From NCBI GenBank assembly GCA_036267755.1, contig DATAVK010000062.1, forward strand, positions 887 to 64,886: a stretch of DNA of 64,000 nt. Direction: 5' to 3'. Every line of letters begins with the position of its first letter. Positions within the stretch are counted from its first letter, which is position 1. Below the pieces are notes generated by a model. That model saw only the letters and a program-made list of their open reading frames with translations, had not been told where the DNA came from and made no database searches. The position numbers and the translations under genes were made by a program. Positions 51,065-59,274 of this stretch are shown here, one piece after another. The DNA comes from Mycobacteriales bacterium. GTDB lineage: Bacteria; Actinomycetota; Actinomycetes; JAFAQI01.

Positions 51065-53160
51065 ACGCGCCTGGCGGCGTCCGGGTCGCGATCGGTCGAG
51101 CCCTGGCGGTGAACCGCAGCGGCCTGCAGCCGGTGGCGGCAATCCGAGCGGCGCTCGGCGTGGCGATCCCGTTCGCCATCGGCATCGCCGTCAAGCAACC
51201 GGTCTACGGATCGATCGCCGCCGCCGGTGCTTTGCCCGCTGGTGTGGCCGGCATGGTCGGGGGTGGTCGGCGCCGCCCCGGCTTGATCACGGCGACCACG
51301 ATCGGGATGACGCTGAGCACCTTCATCGGAGGGCTCGTCGCCGGCCATCTCCCGCTCACCCTCGCCGCGCTCGCGGCCTGGGGGTTCGGAGCCGGCGTCG
51401 CCGTCTCGCTCGGCCAGGAGGCCAGCGTCGTCGGCACCCAGGCGATCGTCGGGCTCGCGGTGTTCGGACGCTTCCCGAGCAGCGTCGAGACCTCGGCAGC
51501 CCACGCCGGCTTCGTGCTGGCGGGCGGCGCGCTCCAGCTCGTGCTCGCCGAGCTGATCCGGTCACCGCACCGGTTCAGCGCAGAGCGCCGCGCCCTGGCC
51601 GCCGCCTTCGACGAACTCGCCCAGATCGCGGCCGACCCCCGCCGCCCCGGCATCGCGGCAGCCACCGCGACGGCGAACGCCGCCGACCTGGTCGGCCGCC
51701 GAGTATCGGGCGACGAGGTGGACCTGCTCAGGGCGTTGACCGACGAGGCAACTCGGATCCGCCTCGAGCTGCACTCCCTCAGCGCCTTCCCGAATGAGCC
51801 GGGTGCCGATGAGGTGCTACGTGCCGCCCGACCCTGGCTGCTCGCGTCCGCCCGGTCGCTCGTCGAGCTCGAGCCACCGCCACCGGAGGATTCCACCCTC
51901 GCCCGGGCAGTGGACACGCTGCGCGCGGCCCGCAGCCACGCGCCGTCCGGTCCGGAAGGAACCGGGACCCGCTACACGGCGGCCCGTGCGGCCGCCCTGC
52001 TCGGGCAGCTACGGGCCGTCGACCGGATACTCGCCGCACTGGCCGGCGTCCGCCGGTTCCAGCTGCCGCACACCGCCGCGCCGACGTACGTCCTGGAGTT
52101 GCCCCGACGTGCCCGCGTGATCGCGTTGGGGCTGGTGACGGCCGCCACGACACCGTCGTCGCCGGCCTTTCGGCATGCGGTCCGGCTCGCGGTGATGCTC
52201 CCAATCGCGGAGGAGGCCAGCCATCTGCTCCCGGGCCAGCGGGGGTACTGGGTGACCCTGACCGTCGCTGTCGTCCTCAAGCCCGACTACGCCGCGACGG
52301 TCGAGCGCGGCCTCGCCAGGGTGCTCGGCACCGAGTTGGGCGTCGTCCTCGCGGGCCTGTTGATCGTCGCCGTCCACCCGCTCGGGGCCGTTGTGTCGGT
52401 GCTGGTGGCGCTGCTGGCATGGGTGTCCTACTGGGTGTTCTCCGCGTCGTACGCGCTCTATTCCTTCGCCATCACCTCGTTGGTGGTCATGCTGCTGTCG
52501 CCGACCGCCCCCACCTCGCTGTCGGTCGTCGGTGACCGCGGGCTGGACACACTCGCGGGAGGTGTCATCGCGATGATCGGGTACGCCGTGTGGCCGACCT
52601 GGGAGGGCGACACGCTCGACGTGGCGGTGTCCCGGCTGTACACGGCGCTGGCGGCCTACTGCGACGCCGTTCTGTCGGCGTACGTCGACCCTGAGCACCT
52701 GGACCGGTCGGCGATCGACCAGGCGGCGACTGCTGTCCGCCGCGCTCGGGTGGACGCCAACGCGTCCTACGACCGGGCCATCGCCGAGCCGCACCGGGCC
52801 CGGGCGGACACCGAGCGCGCCGCCGGGTTGCTGGCCGCGGCTCGTCGGATCGTGATCTCGCTACACGCGTTGCGGACGGCGGTCGAGGATGCTGAGGAGC
52901 ACGTCCCGCTGCCCGAGATCGACCCGGCACGCCAGGCGCTGACCCTCGCGCTGAAGACCGTTACGGCGGCGGGCCCGACCGATCTTGGCGCACTCCGGGA
53001 GCATCAGGCTCGGCTGGAAGAGCAGGCTCGGGAGGACACGAGCTCGTTGCACAGCCGGCGGCTGGGCGTCGTCGCGGCGCACCTCGATCCGCTCGTCGAC
53101 AGCATCGACACCGCTGCCCACGTCGGATCACGTCCAGCGCAGCCCGAGCGACTCCCCTGA
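51061..53160 (+). CDS. FUSC/ArAE-family (fusaric-acid-resistance-like) membrane protein
   Basis: 699 aa. GTG 51061 overlaps the upstream stop (GTGA). Two hydrophobic blocks are separated by a soluble domain; the second block has the YWVTLTVAVVLKPDYAATVERGLARVLGT string typical of FUSC. Confidence 0.7.
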   Translation: MNAPGGVRVAIGRALAVNRSGLQPVAAIRAALGVAIPFAIGIAVKQPVYGSIAAAGALPAGVAGMVGGGRRRPGLITATTIGMTLSTFIGGLVAGHLPLTLAALAAWGFGAGVAVSLGQEASVVGTQAIVGLAVFGRFPSSVETSAAHAGFVLAGGALQLVLAELIRSPHRFSAERRALAAAFDELAQIAADPRRPGIAAATATANAADLVGRRVSGDEVDLLRALTDEATRIRLELHSLSAFPNEPGADEVLRAARPWLLASARSLVELEPPPPEDSTLARAVDTLRAARSHAPSGPEGTGTRYTAARAAALLGQLRAVDRILAALAGVRRFQLPHTAAPTYVLELPRRARVIALGLVTAATTPSSPAFRHAVRLAVMLPIAEEASHLLPGQRGYWVTLTVAVVLKPDYAATVERGLARVLGTELGVVLAGLLIVAVHPLGAVVSVLVALLAWVSYWVFSASYALYSFAITSLVVMLLSPTAPTSLSVVGDRGLDTLAGGVIAMIGYAVWPTWEGDTLDVAVSRLYTALAAYCDAVLSAYVDPEHLDRSAIDQAATAVRRARVDANASYDRAIAEPHRARADTERAAGLLAAARRIVISLHALRTAVEDAEEHVPLPEIDPARQALTLALKTVTAAGPTDLGALREHQARLEEQAREDTSSLHSRRLGVVAAHLDPLVDSIDTAAHVGSRPAQPERLP

Positions 53161-53922
53161 CGCCGGCAGCTGGGACTCGTCCGTCGCGGGCTCGGCGCCG
53201 CCGACGAACCCGGCCAACCCCTCGCCACTCACCACCCGGACCCGGACCGGGCCACTAGCGGCGCGGCGTACCAAGTCGTCGTGGCCGGCTGGCTGGGCTC
53301 CGGCGGCGATCACCAGGTTGCCGGACCGGCGACCCCGCAAGACCGGCGGCTCGGCCAGCATCACGACCGGCCCGATGACCGCCTCCACCGTGGCGATGAC
53401 GACCTTGGCGAGCGCGAACGGAGCCGCGTCGGACAGGTTGCAGACATAACAACCGTCGGCGCGCAGCACCCGTCGCAGCTCGGCCAGCGCGGCGATCGTG
53501 AACAGCGACGTGACGGTGTCGGGACCCTCGTACACGTCGCAGACGACGAGGTCGGCGGAGTCCCCCGGTCGCTGTGCGACCAGCTCGGCGGCGTCGATCT
53601 GCAGCAGCTCGGTGCCATCGATCCGCCCGAGCTTGCGCGCCATCGCCGCGATCGTCGCGGATCGCTCCGCCACCAGCTGGCGCGACCCAGGTCGGCGGGC
53701 TGCCAGCCACCTCGGCAGGGTGCACAGCCCGCCGCCGAGGTGCAGCGCGTCGAGGGGTGTCTCCCCCGGCCACGTCGTGTCGATGACGTGGGCCGCCATC
53801 TGGAGGTACTCGAACTCCAGATGGCTCGGGTCGTCGACGTCCACGTAGGACTGCTCGGACCCGTCGACGAGCAGCCACCAGCCGGCCGGTCGGTCGAGGT
53901 CGCGGATCAGCTCCGCGGTCAT
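53128..53922 (-). CDS. spermidine synthase-like protein
   Basis: 264 aa. LHLGGGLCTLPRW and DLVVCDVYEG, like spermine/spermidine synthase family proteins. Its ATG overlaps the upstream EamA stop (ATGA). Confidence 0.6.
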   Translation of the reverse strand: MTAELIRDLDRPAGWWLLVDGSEQSYVDVDDPSHLEFEYLQMAAHVIDTTWPGETPLDALHLGGGLCTLPRWLAARRPGSRQLVAERSATIAAMARKLGRIDGTELLQIDAAELVAQRPGDSADLVVCDVYEGPDTVTSLFTIAALAELRRVLRADGCYVCNLSDAAPFALAKVVIATVEAVIGPVVMLAEPPVLRGRRSGNLVIAAGAQPAGHDDLVRRAASGPVRVRVVSGEGLAGFVGGAEPATDESQLPASGESLGLRWT

Positions 53923-54830
53923 GCCGCAACCTCAGGGCGACCATCCGTGGGTACGTCGAGAGCCACCGGATCGCCCATCCGACGGGTCGCGCCGATCGAG
54001 GCCACCATCACGCAGGCGACGGCGAGCCAGTCCTCCCAGCGCAGCCGCTGACCAAGGAAAATCAAGCCGGACAGGGCGCCCATCGCGGGCTCCAACGACA
54101 TCAGCACCGAGAACGCCGCCGCCGGCAGTCGCCGGAGAGCGGCGAGCTCGAGACCGTAGGGCACCGCCGAGGACAGGATCCCGATCGCCGCGCCGCGACT
54201 GAGGTTGCCGGGACGCACCAGCGCGCTGCCACCGACCACGATGCCGACCGGTGCCAGAACCACGGCCCCGACGGTGAGGGCGATCGCCAGGCCGCTGAAC
54301 CCAGGAAGCACCCGGCCGACGCGCTGTGACAGCAGGATGTACGCCGCCCAGAACGCTCCGGCCAGCGCGGCAAGCAGGATGCCGACGATGTCGAAGTGGC
54401 CGCCTCCGCCGGCCAGTAGAGCGACGCCCGCGGCGGCCAGCCCGATCCACAACAGGTCCATCGGTCGGCGCGACCCGGCGATCGCGACCCCGAGCGGGCC
54501 GAGGAACTCGATAGTGACCGCGACGCCGAGCGGCACCCGGTCGAGGGAGAGGTAGAAGCACAGGTTCATGGCGGCGAGAACCAGGCCGAACGCGACCCCC
54601 AACGCGGCGTGCCGGCCAGGGATCGCCCGGAATCGCGGCCGGGCGACCGCCAGGACCGCGACGGCGGAGAACAACAGCCGCAGGAAGACCGCCCCAGCCG
54701 GCCCGACGCTCGGGAACAGCTTGGTCGCGAGCGCGGCTCCGGACTGCACGCTCGCCACGGCGGCCACGACGAGCACCGGAGCCGGCAAGACCTCGCGTCG
54801 GCGCACAGCCCGGACGCTATCTGTCGCCAT
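53919..54830 (-). CDS. EamA/DMT-family transporter
   Basis: 303 aa, about 10 TM segments, duplicated EamA-like halves. Confidence 0.8.
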   Translation of the reverse strand: MATDSVRAVRRREVLPAPVLVVAAVASVQSGAALATKLFPSVGPAGAVFLRLLFSAVAVLAVARPRFRAIPGRHAALGVAFGLVLAAMNLCFYLSLDRVPLGVAVTIEFLGPLGVAIAGSRRPMDLLWIGLAAAGVALLAGGGGHFDIVGILLAALAGAFWAAYILLSQRVGRVLPGFSGLAIALTVGAVVLAPVGIVVGGSALVRPGNLSRGAAIGILSSAVPYGLELAALRRLPAAAFSVLMSLEPAMGALSGLIFLGQRLRWEDWLAVACVMVASIGATRRMGDPVALDVPTDGRPEVAA

Positions 54831-54919
54831 TGCTGTCCACGGGCCGCCGGTAGGTCACGCACGTCCACAGCAGCGCCGCCAGGGCCGCCGAGCCGCCGCA
54901 CCGGCCGCACCCTTCGGAT

Positions 54920-55315
54920 ATGACTCACGACAACGCGGCGGTCAGCGCCGACCTGGTGCCGTACGACGCGATCATCACCGAGGTCCGCGACCTGGCGTCG
55001 CTGCTCGAGGGCGCCCTGCTGGCGTTCTTCCTCGACCCCTCGGGGCAGATCATCCTCAAGGTCGCCCTCGACGAAGGCACCCGGCACGTCGACGAGTTGT
55101 TCGTGCGACATCTGCTCGCGCTCATCGGCGAGATCGAGGCGCCGACCGTCGTCCTCGCCTCGGTGCGGCCCGGCGGCCACGCCCGCCGCATCGACCGGCT
55201 GCTGTTCCAAGAGCTGCAGCGGCGACTGACCGGCACGCCGTCGACGCTGGCCGACCTGCTGGTCATCGGCCCCGATCGCTGCTGGTCGGCCGCCGGCCGT
55301 CGGCGGGTCGGCTAG
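54920..55315 (+). CDS. degenerate RadC/JAB-like domain protein
   Basis: 131 aa. VVLASVRPGGHARRIDRLLFQEL...LADLLVIGPDRCWS follows the RadC pattern as I recall it (iilaHNHPSG..PS..D....lDHiivg....S), but the His/Asp metal ligands are replaced. Confidence 0.4.
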   Translation: MTHDNAAVSADLVPYDAIITEVRDLASLLEGALLAFFLDPSGQIILKVALDEGTRHVDELFVRHLLALIGEIEAPTVVLASVRPGGHARRIDRLLFQELQRRLTGTPSTLADLLVIGPDRCWSAAGRRRVG

Positions 55316-56355
55316 CCCGCAGATCGCTCGGCGTCGCCCGCGAGCGGGTCGCCACTGCTCCCCCGGGCCGCCTCGCGAAGCAGCTGCGGGTGCACCTGCC
55401 GGTGGATTGCCTCCGACAGCAACTGGGCGAGCGACAGATCCGGGTTACTCGCGAGTGCGCGGTCCACCGCGGCGCCGGCCACCACCGCCTCCCCACCCGC
55501 GTAGGCGAGCCACGCGAACGTCGCGCACACCGGTGCGTCCATTGGTGGGAGCGCTCGACGCACGCAGTCACGCAGCAGTCGTAGCAGCTGCCCGGAGGCG
55601 TCATCGTCGAGCTCGAGACCGAGAATCTCGTCGCGGCTCGGCACGTCGTGACAGAGCACGATGATGCGGGCGGCGTCGTCGGCGCGAATCGTGATCCGAG
55701 GGTCGGCGTACTCATCCACCAGCTCGCGGACCCGAGCGAGCGCCTTGGCCCGCCATGCGAGGGTGGCCCCGAGCTCCAGCTCGTGGCAGACCCGGTCCAT
55801 GGCCTGCTCGGCACCGATCGCGGCGATCCCACGCGGTGGGGCAATCGAGCGCACCACGGCCTCTCGGTCCGGCAGCACGGATCGGCCCAGCCCCGCGTGG
55901 GCGGCCGCCACCGCGACCGCTCCGCTGGACTCCAGATTCACCGGTCTTCCGTCGCTCGGACATTGACAGCCGTCGTAGCAGAGGTAGGACCACCAGCGGC
56001 CGTCACGCACCAACAGCGCGTCCACCACCGGCGATCGTACCGCCAGCACGAGCTCCTCCACGAGGTCCCGTCGAGGCAGGTCGCCGTCGTCGTCCGGGGT
56101 CGCGGTCAGCACGATGATCTGGACGGCGTCCGGCTCGGTCTGCAGCACCCGTCTGCCGAGGTCCTCGGCGATGACGTGATCGTGCTCGGGTGGGTAGAGA
56201 TCGAGGCGCAGGCTCAGGTTGATCCGCTTGCGCGGACCGTGCAGGCCGAGCAGCACGACGCTCTCGGTCGGCACGAACCCGAACAGGTGCGGGAGGGCGG
56301 CGGCGAGGTCGCCGGGGCCGTTGAGTCTGACGACTTCAGGGCTCTTCTGGGACAT
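55312..56355 (-). CDS. DUF4192 family protein
   Basis: ORF 55312-56415 trimmed to ATG 56355 (MSQKSPEVVRLNGPGDLAAALPHLFGFVPTESVVLLGL), a typical DUF4192 N-terminus. Confidence 0.7.
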   Translation of the reverse strand: MSQKSPEVVRLNGPGDLAAALPHLFGFVPTESVVLLGLHGPRKRINLSLRLDLYPPEHDHVIAEDLGRRVLQTEPDAVQIIVLTATPDDDGDLPRRDLVEELVLAVRSPVVDALLVRDGRWWSYLCYDGCQCPSDGRPVNLESSGAVAVAAAHAGLGRSVLPDREAVVRSIAPPRGIAAIGAEQAMDRVCHELELGATLAWRAKALARVRELVDEYADPRITIRADDAARIIVLCHDVPSRDEILGLELDDDASGQLLRLLRDCVRRALPPMDAPVCATFAWLAYAGGEAVVAGAAVDRALASNPDLSLAQLLSEAIHRQVHPQLLREAARGSSGDPLAGDAERSAG

Positions 56356-56509
56356 CCGGCCACGGTCGTCCGGACCGCACCGCGATGGGCCGCTCTCACC
56401 GGGCTCTGGGGACAAGTAGGCCGGCCCCGCCGTTGTGGATGGCCCAACCGGCCCAGCTGCCGACGTACCGTGGAGCGTGCCTCAGGACAAACCGCCCCGG
56501 CTGCGCCCG

Positions 56510-56824
56510 ATGTCGCCGGGCACCATCTCCGACAACGTCCCGTCCCCAGAGGGCCTCTCCGACCCCGAGCTGATCGCCCGGCTCTATGACGCCCTGGCGA
56601 CGCTGCCGCCGGCCGAGCGAGCCGCCGCCGTGGTCGCGATCGGGCTCGACGAGGGGCCGGCCGGGGCGGCGGTCGAGCTCGACCTCGACCTGGCCGACGC
56701 CGACGCGATCACCCGTAACGCCTTGCAGCTGCTGCGGGGTGCGCTGGGCGACATCGACCTCGACGACCCGGCGACGTACGGCCAGCTCCCACGGCGGCAC
56801 GGCCGCCGGCCGGGCATCGAATAA
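56510..56824 (+). CDS. sigma-70 region-4-only (HTH) small protein
   Basis: ORF 56435-56824 trimmed to ATG 56510. LYDALATLPPAERAAAVVAIGLDEGPAGAAVELDLDLADADAITRNALQLLRGAL follows the ECF sigma region 4 pattern. No region 2 is present. Confidence 0.5.
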   Translation: MSPGTISDNVPSPEGLSDPELIARLYDALATLPPAERAAAVVAIGLDEGPAGAAVELDLDLADADAITRNALQLLRGALGDIDLDDPATYGQLPRRHGRRPGIE

Positions 56825-56830
56825 GCGCAA

Positions 56831-56860
56831 CAGCCCCGGGTCGGTGAAGACCCGGGGCTG
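56831..56860 (+). terminator. intrinsic-terminator-like hairpin
   Basis: CAGCCCCGGGTC-GGTGAA-GACCCGGGGCTG is a perfect 12-bp stem beginning 7 nt after the stop at 56824. Confidence 0.6.
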
Positions 56861-57025
56861 TGGCGATAAAGCGCCGACCCGCCAGGACTGCCTCTCGGCA
56901 CAGATTCGCTCGAAGCGACAAAGGTTGGGACCGGGGGCTTGGATCGAGCCGGCGGACGTCTCTCGACGTCCACTTCAAAACGTATCCCACGTACCGGACA
57001 TTCCGCAGCGTGACACGATTCGCCG

Positions 57026-57955
57026 ATGACCCACTGGACCGCATCCGAGATCCCCGACCAGAGCGGGCGCACGGCCGTGGTCACCGGCGCCAACAGCGGG
57101 CTGGGCTTCATCACGGCGCGCGAGCTGGCGCGCCACGGGGCCCGGGTCGTGATGACCGCGCGAGACCCGGCACGGGGCGCGGACGCCTTGCGTCGCCTAC
57201 GCGACGCCGTCCCTGACGCGGACGTCGAGCTGCGGGCGCTGGACCTCGCCGACCTGGCGAGCATCCGTGGTTTCGCCGCTGAGCTCGTGGCGTCGTACCC
57301 CGTCTTGGACCTGCTCATCAACAATGCGGGGGTCATGGCGATCCCGCGGCGGGAGACCGTCGATGGCTTCGAGATGCAGTTCGGCACCAACCATCTGGGT
57401 CACTTCGCGCTGACCGGGCTGCTGCTCCCGACGATCGTCGACGTTCAAGGAGCCCGGATCGTCACGGTCAGCAGCAATGCGCACAAGACCGGGCGGATCC
57501 GGTTCGACGACCTGCAGCGCGAGCAGAGCTACTCACGGTGGCCGACGTACAGCCAGTCCAAGCTCGCGAACCTGCTGTTCGCCTACGAGCTGCAGCGCCG
57601 GCTGTCGGCAATCGACGCACCCGCGATCAGCCTCGCCGCCCATCCCGGTACGGCGTCAACCAACCTGGTGGCGCCGGGCGCGGAGGGCAACCGGCTCAAG
57701 GAGCGAGTGATGCGTGTCGGGGTCCGCATCATCGGCCAGTCCGATGAGCAGGGGGCGTTGCCGCAGCTGTACGCGGCCACGGCGCCCGACGTGCACGGCG
57801 GCGAGTACTACGGGCCGAGCGGCTTCGGTGAGAGCCGGGGGTACCCGAAGCGGGTCACGTCCACGTCGACGTCTCGCGACCCCGAGCTCGCGGCGCGCCT
57901 ATGGTCGATCTCACAGGACCTGACCGGCGTTCGGTACGACGCCCTGCGCGCCTGA
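57026..57955 (+). CDS. SDR-family oxidoreductase (retinol-dehydrogenase-like)
   Basis: 309 aa. AVVTGANSGLGF and YSQSKLAN (YxxxK). Confidence 0.85.
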   Translation: MTHWTASEIPDQSGRTAVVTGANSGLGFITARELARHGARVVMTARDPARGADALRRLRDAVPDADVELRALDLADLASIRGFAAELVASYPVLDLLINNAGVMAIPRRETVDGFEMQFGTNHLGHFALTGLLLPTIVDVQGARIVTVSSNAHKTGRIRFDDLQREQSYSRWPTYSQSKLANLLFAYELQRRLSAIDAPAISLAAHPGTASTNLVAPGAEGNRLKERVMRVGVRIIGQSDEQGALPQLYAATAPDVHGGEYYGPSGFGESRGYPKRVTSTSTSRDPELAARLWSISQDLTGVRYDALRA

Positions 57956-57956
57956 G

Positions 57957-58391
57957 TCAGCCGGCGCCGAGCAGCCGGGCCAGCGCGTCCCGGGCGGCCG
58001 CCGACTCCCGAGCGCGTACGGCCAGATGGTCGGCGAGCGCCTGCACCCACGTGTCGATCGGCACTTCCTTGCTGGAGATGACAACGCCGCGGACGGCGCG
58101 CGCGATCCGGGCCACAGGGACGCCGCCGCGACCCCGCCCCAGCTCGAGCGTTGTCTCGCCGGTGTCCACCCGCAGCAGCCGTACCGTGCCGGGGCGACCG
58201 GCCACCCGGTCACCCATCGACCGGTCACGCTCAACGGTGACCATGCCTTGCGGCAGAGCCTCCGCGAGCGACGTCGTGAACACTCGGGCGTACAGATCGA
58301 GGTCCGCGCTGTCCGCGCGCAGTGCCGCCGCGAGCGCGTCGACGTCGTCGGGCTGGGGGGAGCTCGGTGGCACGGCGGGCGGCTGGCTCAT
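57957..58391 (-). CDS. hypothetical protein, last gene of the YbjQ-like operon
   Basis: 144 aa. It starts 3 nt after the upstream stop. No family recognised. Confidence 0.5.
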   Translation of the reverse strand: MSQPPAVPPSSPQPDDVDALAAALRADSADLDLYARVFTTSLAEALPQGMVTVERDRSMGDRVAGRPGTVRLLRVDTGETTLELGRGRGGVPVARIARAVRGVVISSKEVPIDTWVQALADHLAVRARESAAARDALARLLGAG

Positions 58392-58394
58392 GGC

Positions 58395-59249
58395 TCAGCC
58401 CGACAGCGGCAAGGTCAGCTGCGGCTTGCTGATCACGTGGTCCGGCCGCAGCGGGCGTACCGCCGTACCGATCGCGAAGAACTCCGTCGTGTGGCCACCC
58501 CACTTGTGCGGGAGCGAGAGCAGCTGGACTCCGACGATGCCCTCGGCGCCCAGTGCCTCGGCCTCGGCCTGCATCCGGGACATCGCGAGCTCACGGGCGT
58601 CGTAGAGCCCCTCCGTGAACTGCGGGATCTCCACGTTCTGTCCGACGTTGCCCATCGACTGCCAGAACCGCTGGTGCGCGATGTGGTAGACGCACGAGCC
58701 CATGACCAGGCCGAGCGGCGCGTATCCGGCCTCGAGCAGGGTCCAGAAGTCCTGCCCGGACAGATCGGAGGTGAACGGCTTGCCAGTGTTGGCCTTCCAA
58801 GTGCCACCGGTCGCCGGCGGGTCCTCGCCGAGGACGGCGGTGCCGACCGCGATGAACTCCGCGAGGTCGTTGCCGAACTCCTTGAACTCGATGTCGAGGC
58901 GTACCCCGACGATCCCGTCGGCCCCGAGCAGGTCTGCCTCCGCCTCCATCCGGGTCATCGCCAGCTCGCGAGCGTGGTACATCGCCTGGGTCAGCGTGCC
59001 CAGCTCCTGGTTCTGGCTCCACTTCCCCATCTGGAAACCGACGTGGTAGATCGAGGAGCCGAGCACCAGCCCGAGCGGCCGGAAGCCGGCCTCGCGCACC
59101 AGCAGGAACTCGTTGACCGACAGGTCGGACGTGAACAGCGACGTCGGCTGACCCGGCCGCATCTCGGCCAGGCGCCTCATGGCATCTTCGGGCACCCCGA
59201 TCGAGGCGGCGTCCTGGGGTGCGCCTGAGGCGGTCTCGTCGGTCGTCAC
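58395..59249 (-). CDS. tandem double YbjQ/UPF0145 (putative heavy-metal-binding) domain protein
   Basis: 284 aa with two repeats. Each has TSDLS..F..L.EAG..PLGLV.G, AREL AM.RM.AEA..LGA.GIVGV and F.A.GTAV, which matches the E. coli YbjQ pattern (ALGADAVVG...GTAV). Confidence 0.8.
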   Translation of the reverse strand: MTTDETASGAPQDAASIGVPEDAMRRLAEMRPGQPTSLFTSDLSVNEFLLVREAGFRPLGLVLGSSIYHVGFQMGKWSQNQELGTLTQAMYHARELAMTRMEAEADLLGADGIVGVRLDIEFKEFGNDLAEFIAVGTAVLGEDPPATGGTWKANTGKPFTSDLSGQDFWTLLEAGYAPLGLVMGSCVYHIAHQRFWQSMGNVGQNVEIPQFTEGLYDARELAMSRMQAEAEALGAEGIVGVQLLSLPHKWGGHTTEFFAIGTAVRPLRPDHVISKPQLTLPLSG

Positions 59250-59274
59250 GAGCAGCTCCTGATCGGTCGGGGAA

